Assembly: GCA_963924565.1 (NCBI GenBank)
Contig: OZ004611.1
Span: forward strand, 20,088,001 to 20,152,000
DNA from: Ascidiella aspersa
Taxonomy: Eukaryota
DNA length: 64,000 nt
Direction: 5' to 3'
The position numbers and the translations under genes are program-made. The stretch's first letter is position 1; each line of letters opens with the position of its first letter. Shown here one piece after another: positions 49,276 through 63,884 of this stretch. The notes beneath the pieces were generated by a model. That model was given only the letters and a program-made list of their open reading frames with translations. It was not told the origin of the DNA and made no database searches.

Positions 49276-52200
49276 GCACTCCAGGGTTCTGTTTTTCTGA
49301 TCACTTCGAAAAAGACCCTGAGGGTGGTACGAGCAGTGAGCTTGTCCGGAATTGAACATTGTTCATTATTCTCTCTGGCTTGCATTTCTGGCTGATGGCA
49401 CAACATGGTTTATCGACTTTCAAAAAAGTACAAGTCCAACACTTAACTTGTTAATTTTTTGTTTTCAGACTGCATACTGGTAAGCTTTTTATTTTTCGTT
49501 TATTGGGTAGTTAGTTGAAATCACATTTTGTTGACCTCTGATCAAATTCACTTTTCAAACAAAGGTTATACTTTGTGTTTTTATAAAAAAATTAATGCAA
49601 TTTTAAAGCTACGTTTTTACATTTTGCTCGCTTAAATCCCAGTGAATCAGCAATTTTTAAATGCCATGTGCATGCATTTCCGGGATATTCACCTCCGATC
49701 GCTTTGAGAAACGCATCTTTGGATTTGAGGCGTACACTTTTCGCCTCGAGTCAGTTTGTTACTTAACGAACACCGTTTGTTTCCCCTACATTTAAGATCG
49801 AAGGTGTGAACGTGCTATTCGTCGCGTCCAGGTCCGTTTCATGCCCGTTTTCGGATACGCGACCACGCGCGTTTGTGTACGTCAGCGGTCTGGGGGAGGG
49901 GGGCTGTCACTCTGCATTAACCTGACGAGAGGCAAAGGCGGAAGCAGGCCGCGCAGCTTCGGGTGCCGTTTTTAACCGATGAAAATCGATTGTATCGATA
50001 TGACGGATGCAATAAAAAAAGCGACGCCTGACTGACAGACAGCGTCGCTTTGCCAACCTGTATCATCCCTTCTCGTTTTAAACCAGCGGATTTCCCAACA
50101 GGCAAAGACCACAGTCCCTTGCAGCTGGAGAATGTATACGTGTTGGAGGAGATCTATTAACGGCAATATGTAGCGATCCACATCCGGGCCACATCCGTTG
50201 TAGTGCGTATAGTTATGAGTAACAGGTTGCCCTTGAGCATCATGTTTCTTACGCCGGAAAACTTCGCCGCCTTTTAGCATGTGTCTGATAAATTCAGAAC
50301 AATTCATTTAATAATTTATCAGGCTGCTTACACTTTGCTTTGGTTGGTTGCATTGCTTTTGGATGCAATTGAAAGAATTCGTATAGTATAATACTATAAT
50401 ATAATACGATATGCAACCAACGACATATTGGAGTCTTTTAACATTTTAATTGTAACCATATGGTGCTTAACAGCCTTCGCGAATGTTATTCAACCGTTTA
50501 AATAAAATGACAAAAACGTTTTAGCCATAGTGGAATCTCTATCGTTTTTTTATGAAAACAAAAATTTGTCGCAATGGGCCAGGCAGTCCTCATTAAAGCT
50601 AATTCAAAAAGTTTTCGGTTAACAACGGTGACGAACTTTCAAGTTTAAGCAAACCATTTGCCAAACACAAAAAAAATGTGCAACACAGTACATATGTAAA
50701 ACTTTCGTTGCGAGTATTTTTGCCAAATAAGGAATCCAACTTCCGAAAAGTATAGTGGATGGTTAAAATCGTTCGTAACAATACAGAGTGCCTCTGGGAC
50801 TTTTACGAAAAGGTTGCGGTTGAGCCTAAAAGTTGCCTGCAATCCATCTTCAGGGTCTGCTTGACGTTCCCTTACAGCGTTATCCATTTAGTCTAGGCCC
50901 TATAACTATGAAAACTGTCGATATAACGGCGTTGGATAGGCAAATTGAATGCCAGTCAGAAACAATTTGACAGCCAGATTTTTCAACGTTCAAATGCAAT
51001 TATGGTATCTTCCCTACTTTTCCCGAGACTCGGCGGACGTTGTTTATGAGGAGGAGTACGAAATCCAGGATTTTTCCAGTGCTTCAAGTTTTCCTCAAAA
51101 CCGCACCCCACTAATCCCTGTTAGGCCGACAGTCCAGCATAAAATAATCCATCCCAGTCGAACGCTACACAGCATGTGGTACATATAGCTATGGGCTTAG
51201 TCTTATGACCACTTTGAAACGCGACTCCTCAAGCAGCCCAAACATGCTTTTTAAACGTTTGTTTTATCGGCGGTGAGTTTGTATGGGCGCTTTAAACGCA
51301 AACGGTTTTTTGGCGACATGTGCTAAGACGTACATTTAAGTAAACTGGGTACCTTTAAAAGCTTCGGTATAGTTTTATGGAAGTGCACCGATGACTGCTG
51401 TGTGTGGCAACCCCTGGTCAGTACGATTTCCAAAGATCTCAAACAGAAAGTATAAATTGTTCTGTAGTCAAATTATCAATAGTATTTAGTAAACTATCTC
51501 ATACCAGTGTTGTAATGACTTAAGTCAATGGCCTGACTAAATTGCACTTTAGTCACGGATTTTAAACGACTCGACTTTACTTAAATATTTTAAACAAATG
51601 ACTTGAATTTGAACAGAGTAATTGTGTCAATAGCCTGGGTTGAAATTATGACCGATCTGCCAACAGAGCAATGCAGGCTCATTGGGTTGCAAGCCTTCGA
51701 GCCTATCACCATTGACTGCTGCAACCTTTTCGTACGTAAACTTTATTTTGAAGGAGATTATACAGCACCATATCAAGTCACAGAAATGTCGGGGCTAAAT
51801 CACAGTTGTACACTTATATGTATGAGTATTTTAATGACCATCCGTAACAATGAATCTAATTTCAAAGGGTTGCTTTCTAATTGGAATCAAAATCCTTTGT
51901 TCGCGGGATTTGGCTGATTGGCCATATTGTGTATTCAGCACAGTGCATTCTTTCTAGGAAGAATTGCAGTGCATTAATTAGCTGAAAAAATGGCTTTACT
52001 GTCTTTACAAATACAAGGCAATGATTAGTTAGCCGCAGCAGGTGAAAACATCTGTCATATAGGCTTAATCACAGAACCAGCATACAAATGGAGATTGATA
52101 TGCTTTAAAAATGAAAGAAAGTTTGGAAATGTTTTTCGGTTGACAGTATGTACCGGTGTCACAGTTTTAGGTACAGCAGATTTTTTTGCGAAATTAAATC

Positions 52201-54984
52201 GCTTTGTCAAAAATTGTGTAACGCCAAGATCAAAAACTGATATTTCATTTATAGCCGAACATGTGTATAACTTTTGATTTAAGCTCCGAGTTTTGATCAA
52301 ACTGGAAGTTTGGTATAGTTTTGTCTTAAATTACAGTCAAGTTCATGTGTGAAGCGTTTTACTTCGTACGATAGGTCTATCTTTCCACATACACAGGAAC
52401 GCTTACTTTATGCTTGAGCCTCCATCAGAAATCGAAATGTCACATTAGCGTTGAATTCAGATCGAGGCTATTTCCCTATCAGAAAACTTGTTTCGTTGGT
52501 GTACAACAAAAAAATATTTTTTTTATTTTGGAAAACTTTGGTATTGTCGACCGAGTAGAATCCACACGTAATTTCATAATTTTGCGTCGCCGATATTACA
52601 TATAGATTGCATAATATTACTAAACACTTTCAGTGCGGGGCATTTCGATTTAAAAATGCAGGAATAAGCAAGTACAAAATCAAATTTATTTGAAGGAAAA
52701 CCTTTTTAAGTGGATTTGCCGAGTTTACTTTAATCGCATATACGTGTTCTGACGATGCCGTTTTGGTGCATAATTTTTAGGATCACAGTATAGAATACAC
52801 CGAGTTCTGGAGATCTGGACTTTAAACAATAACCCACGAATGCTTTCTCGAACCAAGGAAGAAGTGAAGCGGAACCTTTCGTTAAAAAGAGAGAGCGGGA
52901 AGTAAGAGAGAAAATACAAGCAGGAATCTGAACTATAGATTGAACAAGATTGCCGAGGATGTGTTATTGGTGCAGTTCATCAACGTCGATATTCCCTTGG
53001 TGTTCTGGAAAACACCGGCCGATGGCATTTCGCTTGACAAAGCCCGGCGCCAGTGCAAAGAAAACCTCCAGATTCCATTTGAAGTTAAATAGACTATTAT
53101 TTAAGTACGGCATTAGACGACTTAAAGTTAGTAAAAACCTTTTTTATTGAAAAAATGACTCACTTCTCGTTGACCGCACAACAAGATATTCAAAAGGCCT
53201 AAAAATAACCAAAGGGAAGCATGCAGCGCAACATTTCATCGTATAATATCTCAAGGAGTAAACAAGACATCGATCAGAAATTTTTCCACATTACTCAAAG
53301 CAATCTAAATTACCCTGTTATTAGGCTTTTAATAAATGAAACATATTAAAATATTAATATTCATGGCTAAGTTAGGTTGCCTTAAGTACTGTTTAAAACT
53401 TTCTGACCAATATCTTGTTTACTTCTGGAGATATTACGCGACGAAATTTCGAGATGAATACTTTCCTTTGGTTAAAAAATGGCAGACCCGAATTCACAGA
53501 CTAATGCGTTCCGCCTAACTTTTCCCTGTGAAGATGGACGGGTGCAAACCTGTTTGTGCTGTTTTCACAGTCGACTTGCAATGTCAGAAAAACCCATACG
53601 CCCTTCTCCTTCTCGCTCAAATTCCCTCGAGTCGACCTAATGTGATTTTTGGTAATTAACAGTCGACCTAAGGTGATAAAGTAGATTGTATACTGGTCAA
53701 CACACAAGTTACGCAATTTGATTGAAATGCAAAATAAGTGGATTGTCGCCCTACTAGTTGCAGAAAAAGGGCATAAAGAATCATAATATAATTTAACGGC
53801 CGTCTGGAAGTTGTGCCGCATTTCGCCTCGATACATAAAATGCGGCCTTGCGGAACTGTACGGGCAAATTTCCGAGTAAGCCCACGTCAACAACTGAACC
53901 TGAGTTAAACTTATCGGTTACGGTTCAAATTATAACGAAAGGATATTTAAAAATCAGAATGAAATATTTTGAATACCATTTGGTTATTTTAGTTTAAAAC
54001 ATCCTTTTTTACCGGAAAAAAACATTCACGCCCAAATTGATAACCATAATTGCAATATGCCTGTTCAAATGTGCACATTTCGCAATGAAATCTGTTATTT
54101 AAATTTTTTTTCGGACAAATTCGAATTGCATGTAACAAAGGAAAAGAAATGGAGGTTTTTACAGTCATTGTTTCCAAGTGAAAATGGTCGTGACTACAAA
54201 GTGAATAGACTGCAAAGGTGAAAAATTTGTTTAATATTTAATCGGACGCGAAGACAATGTCGACAAAACGCGCAATTCGCGCTCCAGGTACAAAGTTCTG
54301 CGGCCGAAGCCGGGAGGCAAAGAAGGAGTTCGCTCGATTCTTGGCTTGCGCGAATATCCCACGAGACTTTTGCCGAACTTAGAGGTCGTACGGCTCGCGC
54401 TTTTCAGAGCGTTTGTCACGTGACAATATACGCTTTCTTTCACGATGGGAGAACTGCTTTAAAAACGTTTTAAGCTTCACCATGCTAATGCCAAGCAACT
54501 CAAAGTTACTCGATGCAGACACGAATGACAAAGAAAAACGTGAGCTTTTGTAGGTAAATAAGGTAAATGCGCCCTATTTGCCGAAAACATGCGTTTATGT
54601 TTATAAGTTTGAAATATATTAAGGTGTAAACATATATATGGTTGCACAATCCAGCAAACCAAAAAGAAGCACATTGCAAACTCAACTCGGCCTAATCTTT
54701 CTATTTGCATTTGTGTGCAAAAAATTGTCATGTACTATAAGTTATGTTTATTTTAAAGATGGTAAATATACAAAAATGACAGCTCAAATTGTTGCTTGTC
54801 AAACATATCGTTTGGTTGTTTTGGGGCATTTCAAAGTGCCATGCGCAATTTAGGACACTTGTCTCCGCTGATTAGTTTCTTTAAACGTTTTCACAAAACT
54901 GCTTTTTTTCAGTTTGACATCGCTTAAGAAAGCTAGCAACAAATGTTAAATACAAAGCATGTGCTTAAACTCATCCATTTATGC

Positions 54985-55228
54985 AAGTAGTTCTCAACCT
55001 GGGTGCCATTTGTAATGCACAAGGGTGTCGAGAGATTATTGAGAATCTGATTTTTTCTCAACTCTTACAACTTTCGTGTAAGATTAGAGCGGAATAAATC
55101 CAAATAAAACTTCCTACGTTGTGCAGAGTTGATGTGTGTTGTTCCAGTCCGTTTATTGTGACATTCTCGATTTTACCTACGCAAAAATGTTGTAGCAGCC
55201 GCAAGCCATCAAAGGTTGAGAACCACTG
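54985..55228. mobile_element. hAT MITE
   Basis: Ends AAGTAGTTCTCAACCT / AGGTTGAGAACCACTG. Perfect TSD ATTTATGC. Confidence 0.85.
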
Positions 55229-57520
55229 ATTTATGCTATTGACGGGATGAAACGGTAACAATTAAAGGGACTTCCGCGAAGTCATGATGTCGTGCTCCAA
55301 ACTGCCATACATGGCTTTTATTAAATTCCGCGCGTGGCCTTCTACTTAAAAACAGCTTTCACCTTCAGGCCAAATCCTGCATGAAGTTCGAGGCGACCGG
55401 CGCCACCAACTTACCATCAAATCTGTTTTCGCGTGTCTGAACGGAAAAAGTGACGAGACGGTATGTTGGCGAAAGCGCAATGGTCACGCCGCAGTGAGTT
55501 TACGACGGTAAACAACGTTTTCCTCGAAAAGTCCCTTTATTCTTAGACCCATGCGGGCCATGCCCCCAATTAGGTGGAGTTCCGGTTGAACGCTATGCTT
55601 TGCGCAACAAACTTAACCTAACCTTTTTTCAAATGAAAAAAGGCATGTTGCACAGCCAACGCAAAAACATGGCTTTTCGATTCTGGTCTGTTGGATTGTT
55701 CGTTGCGCTTCGAATAAACACTCGAAATAAATGCGATTTTAGGAACGCGATTTATAGTTTTAGATTGCAATGAAGTGAGTACAAATTGTGTTTCGCCTTT
55801 CATTAAAGTGTGCGTTCATTAACTCCATCTTAAGTTTAAATTAACTACACATTGATTTGATGGTCGCATAAGATCTACACGTGTTGTGAAGTTACACGCA
55901 ATCTAACGACAATATTTGTTCCGTAGTCGCATAATACGGTTGCGGTACGAAATCCGAAAACCTAAATGAACTGCAGTTAGCTATTGCACTTCCGCAGTGA
56001 CAAATTTGGGCAAATTTGGCAAGCTAAACGGAACGCACCTTGCTTGTTTTTCATTCTTTGTTTTTTTGGCGCTCTGTGGAATTCGCCGTAGGCCAACAAA
56101 CAGCGCGTTGTCGTAACTTTTTCATGGCGCAAAACACCACTGTCTTTGGGTCATTCAATGTCTGCATCTGATGTCTGTGAGATGTGATATAGTGAAGCGG
56201 GAACCCAAATAGACGCTTTCGTAACATAAACGGTAATGTTAGAAATGACTAATGCCCAAGGGTGCCGGGAGATTGTTAAGAATATGATTTTCGCTCAACT
56301 CCTACAACTTTTGTGTAAGATTAGAGCGGAATAAATCCAATTGAAACTTCTTACGTTGTGCAGAGTTGATGTGTGTTGTTCCAGTTCCGTTTATTGTGAC
56401 CTTCTCGATTTTACCTACGAAAAAAAGTTGTAGCAGCCGCAATCTATTTATTATTTCTAAGGGGTGTCGCAAGCCATCAAAGGTTGAGAACCACTGATTT
56501 ATGCTATTGACGGGATGAAACGGTAACAATTAAAGGGACTTCCCCGAAGTCATGATGTCGTGCTCCAAACTGCCATACATGGCTTTTTCAAATTCCGCGC
56601 GTGGCCTTCTACTTAAAAACAGCTTTCACCTTCAGGCCAAATCCTGCATGAAGTTCGAGGCGACCGGCGCCACCAACTTACCATCAAATCTGTTTTCGCG
56701 TGTCTGAACGGAAAAAGTGACGAGGCGGTATGTTGGCGAAAGCGCAATGGTCACGCCGCAGTGAGTTTGCGACGGTAAACAACGTTTTCCTCAAAAAGTC
56801 CCTTTATTCTTAGACCCATGCGGGCCATGCCCCCATTTAGGTGGAGTTCCGGTTGAACGCTATGCTTTGCGCAACAAACTTAACCTAACCTTCTTTCTCA
56901 TGAAAAAAGGCATGTTGCACAGCCAACGCAAAATCATGGCTTTTCGATTCTGGTCTGTTGGATTGTTCTTTGCGCTTCGGATAAACACTCCAAATAAATG
57001 CGATTTTAAAAACGCGATTCATAGTTTTAGATCGCAATGAAGTGAGTACAAATTGTGTTTCGCCTTTTATTAAAGTGTGCGTTCATTAACTCCATCTTAA
57101 GTTTAAATTAACTACACATTGATTTGATGGTCGCATAAGATCTACACGTTTTGTGAAGTTACACGCAATCTAACGACAATATTTGTTCCGTAATCGCATA
57201 ATACGGTTGCGGTACGAAATCCGAAAACCTAAATGAACTGCAGTTATCTATTGCACTTCCGCAGTGACAAACTTGGCCCAATTTGGCAAGCTAAACGGAA
57301 CGCACCTTGCTTGTTTTCCATTCTTTTTTTCTTTTTTTTGGCGCTCTTTGGAATTCCGTCGTGCAACAAACAGCGAGTTGTCGTAACTTTTTGATGGCGC
57401 AAAACACCACTATTTCTGGGTCAATCAATGTCTGCATCTGATGTCTGTGAGATGTGATATAGTTAAGCGTGAAACCAAATAGATGCTTTCGTAACTCAAA
57501 CGGTAATGTTAGAAATGACT
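55013..57520. repeat. Tandem direct duplication, ~1.25-kb unit (55013-56250, 56251-57520)
   Basis: Colinear high identity. Both copies end ...CGGTAATGTTAGAAATGACT. The second copy has ~30 bp extra near 56442-56470. Confidence 0.96.
55266..55536. mobile_element. Small TIR element (TTAA-like flanks), duplicated with the tandem unit
   Basis: TTAA|AGGGACTT ... AAGTCCCT|TTAT. Confidence 0.5.
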
Positions 57521-57663
57521 ATAGGGATATGCTTTTGGTATGCTTAGAATCTATGGTGACGCAGTCATTTGGTGAATAAAAGCAAAAAGGAATTTAAATT
57601 TGAAAAAGCAATAAACAACAGTATTCGAAATATTTACATGCAATGTCATCCAGTATTATACCT

Positions 57664-57859
57664 ATACACTTTTATAGACTTATGTAAATCAAATTAAAAT
57701 CAGAAAAATTATACACACTGTGTTGGGGAACAGTAAACGCTGTAATCTTACAGCGATAAATATACACTTTTATAAACTTACAAAAATCAAATTAAAATCA
57801 GAAAATTATACACACTGTGTTCGGTAACGGTGAACGCTGTAATCTTACAGCGATAAATA
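57664..57859. repeat. Two-copy ~98-bp tandem duplication
   Basis: TACACTTTTATA..AAATCAAATTAAAATCAGAAAA..AACGCTGTAATCTTACAGCGATAAATA is repeated. Confidence 0.85.
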
Positions 57860-58070
57860 GAGGAAATCTTGCAGCGATTAAAAAGCCCTGTCACCACCCC
57901 GCTGTTGTATTTGTTCAACAAAGCAAGCGATAAAAAGTCGATATCGAATGAACCGGTCTCCCGTCCTGCTGTTGCGGGAACCGGTGTTAAACAAGAGAGA
58001 GGCGAGTGTTGCGAAATACCCCAGGGACAATGCGACGGTTGCGAAATATCCAGTAGACATGGCGCGATTT

Positions 58071-58205
58071 TCACTTCTGGGGTGTATTTACGAGGTCACG
58101 ACGAGATTCGCCTAATGAAGGCGACCGCACAAAGGCCAACTGATAACTAGGTTTGTACGGAAACGTGAAAGGTGGGACAGCGAAGCAACCTGGTGTCTGT
58201 AGGTT
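58071..58205 (-). CDS. Possible terminal coding exon of an unidentified gene
   Basis: CTTTTACAG acceptor, then open frame NLQTPGCFAVPPFTFPYKPSYQLAFVRSPSLGESRRDLVNTPQK*, with raised GC. No homology recognised. Confidence 0.28.
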   Translation of the reverse strand, partial: NLQTPGCFAVPPFTFPYKPSYQLAFVRSPSLGESRRDLVNTPQK

Positions 58206-61200
58206 CTGTAAAAGATGGAAAGCTGCCAAGTGCGGATAAATTAGGGATAAATAATAAGGAGAATATAAATATTGTATTGCGAAACTATACTTGACACCTT
58301 TGCAAAGATTTTACCGAAATTAGTTGACCTAATCAAGACTAAGTTTTTTGCTAGCTTGGTCTTGCTTGCACTAGAATCTTTATTGGGCAAACTGATTTAT
58401 TCGACAAACTGATTTTTAGTGTATTATATTGTTAAATCTTTAATTCGACGGTGGGAAATTGCAGAAATGTTATTTCCAGCAAAATAACACCAATGGAGTT
58501 TCTATGTACACAGGGTGTCTGTAATAATCGACTTTCGGTGTTACCAGCGTGTAAAGTAGCAATAAATCAAGGCGGTGGCTTGACGAGTAATTGACAGTAG
58601 GTCATAAAGTATAAAAATTCCACCCAAAATGTCAATGTCATAAATGTGAATTCGTTTAAACACGGGCGTTTTATATTATACAATCGAACCCAATTCACCC
58701 GTATTGAATACACACTTTTAACAACAAAACGTTTTGCTAATGCCTGAATTTTTTTTTTTCTGATGTCGCGAACTCACCAAACTAAATTGTAAGCTGGTGC
58801 AATTAATTAATTTAGTTGTTTAATGTGTTAGTGAACACGTAACAGCTGGATTGTTTTTAGTAAGGTATATTTTGAGTTTTGGCCAACCTTGTTAACATTT
58901 CCTCAATATTAGCGGCACAAGATTAACAGCAGATCTAAATGTAAAAAGCCCTCCTAAGGTGAATTATCTTGTTAATAATCAAATTTGGTCAAATTTTAAA
59001 GACGACTGTAATTCATCTTAATGTTTAATCATCGATTTGGAACAGTCAATTTTTACAAAATTCTATAAAATGAATATATCATATCGATGAAACAGTAAAG
59101 GATCAGTGAAGTAAATGCTTTCCACCTTTAATGCCGGATCTTGCGAAATCTGGTCAAACCTTTCCGATTCGCAAAGACACAACACCGGATATTGGACATT
59201 CCTCGAATATCAGGGTCTATTTGCGACGCTAGACAAACAAGACACGCACCGGTCGTGACGTCACACTGACGCAAGAGGCCTCGAAAGGTCACGCAAACGA
59301 CGCATACGTGTTTGGTTAGGCCATTTTAAGGGGGGAGGGGGGTCAAACGAGAATCTTTAGGATATTATAGCAACAGTGGCCTCTACGTGCTGGTTTTGTG
59401 TTAGTCTTGTCGGCATACTGAATGGTTAAAAAGGCGGGAAGTCATTATCGACCGGTTTGTACCACATTAAGGACTAAATGTGCCTGACTTAACGCTATAG
59501 GCCAGACAATCCAATCTGCCGCTGTGGTGAACACTAGCACGGCAGTCTTTTGTCAGTTTCGTAAAAAAATGCCGTTTCACTGTTGCCATTCCGGCCCGCC
59601 TGTTTGCTATTCCGAGAACATGCTACAGTTTCTTTGAGGGGGTATACGTGACATTATTTACCTCAGACCAAAAAACGATAAAATACGTGTCATTCAACCG
59701 GTTTGAACCGTTTTCCTTTAAAATTAAAGAGAATACGCTTGAATCAAAACATCTTTTGGATTAAAACTAGTGCGGATTGATAAAAGAAGTTGTCCAATTA
59801 GCAAGAAATGGTATGTCATCACGCATATTTGTGGTTTCACAAATGTTTCCACGTCTTGCCCATAAACAAACAAACACAGGAGATCAGACGCACAAACAGA
59901 GAAACCCTTACGGGATACATCATCATTTGACCATTGCAATGTGTAATTAGTTTAAAGGTCACCCATTCCTGACCGACAGCAAGATAATTCTGCATTTTAC
60001 GATAATTAAGGCATTAGTTACGCTCGATGGTAGAATTGTACACCGGTATGGCGCGACATGTGTGATGGCCGTATTTCGACCTTTTGTGACCTGTTGGAAA
60101 TATATTAATCTTACTAATATGCTATCGTTAACAACAGTTGGCCTGTTTAGATGTAAAACAAATGCCGTACACTAATTAACCGATGCGTATGTTAACAAGG
60201 ATACCACTTAAGATAATGCAAAACATAAAAATGTGTTCCCTATATAACAAATGCAGTTTTACTCGGGTGTTTAAGCCTTGTGCAATTAATCTTTAACGGA
60301 TCGCAGACATCAAGTATAATCTTCCTGCTTTTCCACACAAAATGTGTTTACCTAACTCATTCCCTTAAGAATTTACCTTTAATAATTTTGTTATCTTATG
60401 GTGAGAAGTACGATAAAAGAGCTATAATAGCAGTGGTTCTCAACTTGTGCAGCACACCACTATAGTGGTTTACCCGTTTCTCAGGTCATGCGACAAAGGT
60501 ATGCATATATATATAGTAAATAGTACTGTGACGGCGTTAATTTATTTTCTTTCGTTGTCATTCCTGATTAAACTATATTCTGACGTCGGTAGCTGGCGGT
60601 AAAGGAGATTTTTTTAATCATTTTCTAAATTTAAAATTCAAATAAATTTTTGCAAAATGTTTGTTTGTTTTTAAGGAGCCATTAACAGCTAATGTAAAGT
60701 ACTCGGCTAAAAAAGCCGAAGAAACACTGCTGGAAAGCGTTGACATGTTGTTTCCATAACAAACAGCTTTATCACCAACGCAAATGTTACCCTGACTTAC
60801 CTGATGTTAGGCTAAGGCGTGATAGGCCTGAATTGCAAGCAGCAGACCCATCGGAATTTTACGGTCGTAAACTATATAGATGTTAATTTGAACAAGTCAA
60901 AATTCCGAACGCCGTAAAAGGGCGAAACGATTCAAGGAAAACTCGTTAAACGGACAGAAATGATTTGTGCTCTTTGGGTGTTAATCTCGACCGAATGCCG
61001 TCACACAAAAACGTTTCGTCCTTCAATGGCGATAACCATAATATACACACCTAGTCTTTAATTAGTAGCAGAAAAGTTTGGTTCAAATTAACCATGTCTA
61101 ATTTATTGGTTACCCTCGTCAAGTCCCAGTCCAAATTCTTGTCAAATAAAGTTAAGTTTTAATTAATTCATTGCACTCAAAATAAATAATAAACTAATTA

Positions 61201-61705
61201 AATAAGGCGCTTAGTTTTACACAGCAACACCAACAACAAATAACAATTTATAAGTTCTATTTTAAATAATATTTGACATAAAAAGCCGTTTTTACTGATT
61301 TAAATGTCAAGCATTTTTCCCGAAAGGTTTATTTCAAGTATAGTGTCTTAAGACTTAAATCATTGCAACACTAGTGGTAGATCTTTTGCGCTACTGTGAG
61401 ATTGATCAGAAACATCAGACTTGTAAGCCCAGGAACACAAGCTTGACATCAAGCCTTAATGACCTTAACCTCCAGGACGAGAAGATACGAGAACTCGAAA
61501 GTTTATCTACTATAATTTTTATATAGCACTTTTAGAGTGCTGCGGGTCAACACATTTATTTTAGTCAACGATTTTATTTCTGTTCATAATATGCACGGAC
61601 TATAGCAATAATGAATACCATTTACTTCATAAACACTGTATTTTATGGGCTGACACCTGTTTAAAGTGTCAATACAGGTGTATGATCATCAAAGTCTCTC
61701 CAGGC

Positions 61706-62029
61706 CAGGGGTTCTAAACTTTTTTACCGCGGACCCATAAGAAATGTTTTGTCTTCTCGTAGACCACTGTAGGCAAGAATTTTAGAGATGCATCATAAAT
61801 TGATGTCACAATACAAATAACGTTAAAAAATCTGCTGCTTCCGGTCCAAAAAATGAGTCTAAATATACATTCAGTGCAAAAACGTTTTACTTTTAATTCA
61901 ACACTTTTCTTGGAAAAAAATGATTGCTCTTTAAATATATACTAATAGTTTATTTATACCTTCATGGACCCCCTGAAACTAGTTCACGTACCCCTAAGGG
62001 GTCCATGGAACCCAGTTTAAGAAACCCCG
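61706..62029. mobile_element. hAT MITE
   Basis: CAGGGGTTCTAAACT / AGTTTAAGAAACCCCG. TSD CTCCAGGC/CTCTAGGC. Confidence 0.8.
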
Positions 62030-62663
62030 CTCTAGGCCCACAAAGGGTATAATTTATACTTACGTTCTCTGTATCGGTAGCGGGATGAAACAATTCAGGG
62101 GGTCTAAACCATTTTTATCTTTATATTTAACTGATGAAACCTTCAGTTTCATTCTAATTTGGTGTCGAATATTTATACATTTTAATACCCCGGCCGTTGG
62201 CTGAAGAAGAATTTCGATATGATGATCGCCCAACCCCCCAAAAATAGAACAAAAAACAATAAAACTTGAACAACAATATGGCGGAAACCCCAAAACTCGA
62301 AGTTGCCTCTATGAAAGTTTGCATAAATAAACTGGCTTTATATTTAATTAAACTCGTGGTCTTTATATTATTTAATTAAACCTCGTGGTTGTAGCTCAGG
62401 CACATTTTATCAGTGGTATAACATGAACAAATTTACCACGGTTTGGCCTGTTTGGTATGAAATTATGTCAACCACAAGGTGCAAAATTACGTAGATTTTA
62501 GACCGAATTTAAGACACATCGAAATGAAAGAGGAATATTCCCGAATAGCGGCTTAAGTCACAGCGTTTTCCTTTCTCAGGTCGCTTGTTTGGAAATTTTT
62601 ATGCGATCATCGCGCTCCATGGGGAAGAGGGATGATTCGAAAAAAAGCGAAAGCGGTAATATG

Positions 62664-63163
62664 CAGTGGAGTAAACAAGTCATTTTAAAATGACTTAAGT
62701 CCTAGACAATTCATTTGCAAAATAACTTAAGTCCAAGTCAAGTATTTTTGAATAAATAACAAGTCAAGTCCTAGTACAAGTCACCAGTTTCGCAAGCCGA
62801 GTCCCAGTCAAGTCATAATTAGAGCAAGTCAAATTCAAGACATATCCCCCCCCCCCAGCTGAGAAAAATAAAACCTTAAATTATTGGAATTTTTAAACTA
62901 GTACGATTATGAACAATAACTGAACTAAAAATAAAAAAAACGCTTAACATAGATAGCTTTGTTTTATGTGCAAATATTTGGATAAATAGCTCAATTTTAT
63001 AAAAAAATGCTTTTCATTTTAACCCAAATCATTTGTGCAAAAGACTTAAGTCAAGTCAAGTGAAGTCATTTTATCCAAATGACTCAAGTCAAGTCAAGTC
63101 ATTTGAAAGCAGCGACTTAAGTGCATTCAAGTTAAGTCATTGACTTACGATATTACAACACTG
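62664..63163. mobile_element. hAT-like MITE with AAGTC subterminal arrays (related fragment at 51505-51606)
   Basis: CAGTGGAGTAA / TTACAACACTG ends. TSD GTAATATG/CTAATATG. Confidence 0.8.
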
Positions 63164-63884
63164 CTAATATGTGACACGAACCGTAGGTGTTGGACAGAGC
63201 TTTTTGAGAAACTCCCCCCGATCGGCGATCCCTAGTATTCCAAATTTATTGCCTATGTTCGACGAATGAAAAAACTGCTTCCGTTTCTTTTCTAAAACGG
63301 TCAAGTGACAGGACGATCGCGGTTTGTTGTCTGAATAGACCTTTTAAAACAGCATTCGCATTATCCATTTTGTTTGCCGTGATGATGTTAGGTCGAATAC
63401 TTATCAATTAATCGCGACGTCACGCTTTTTAACAGGCGGGGACGCCCGAATTTTGGGTCGATTTAAATATTTCCTGGAACAACCAAATATCGGATCGATC
63501 GAATACTAATTAAACCCCGTATCAATTGTAAGCCTATGCAAAACGTTTTTCATTAAATAAATCTATTTAAAAAAATAGTTAACGAGGCGATTTAATAAGA
63601 TGGTCGATTTAACTAGAAACTCCTGTCGTTTTCTTTTATTTATCTGCCATTTGCGCATCGCCTGAAGTCAAGTTCTCTATTGCTTGAGTGCCGAAACTTA
63701 TTTAATTTTGTGGAAAAAAATTGAAAACGTGGACATAATTTAGTTTAAATGTCCGGTCAGCAGTCGAGGAGCCACCCGATAGACTCATCGCCCAGGACTG
63801 TCATCCGTTTATCCGATTTGGTGGCCGATATATAATAAACCGTGAGATTATATGCTGGTGTGCAGTGTGTTCCTTCAAGCTACA

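Noticed and set aside
49900-54500. Assorted 60-130-aa ORFs
   Set aside because: No recognisable domains or consistent exon chain; compatible with chance ORFs.
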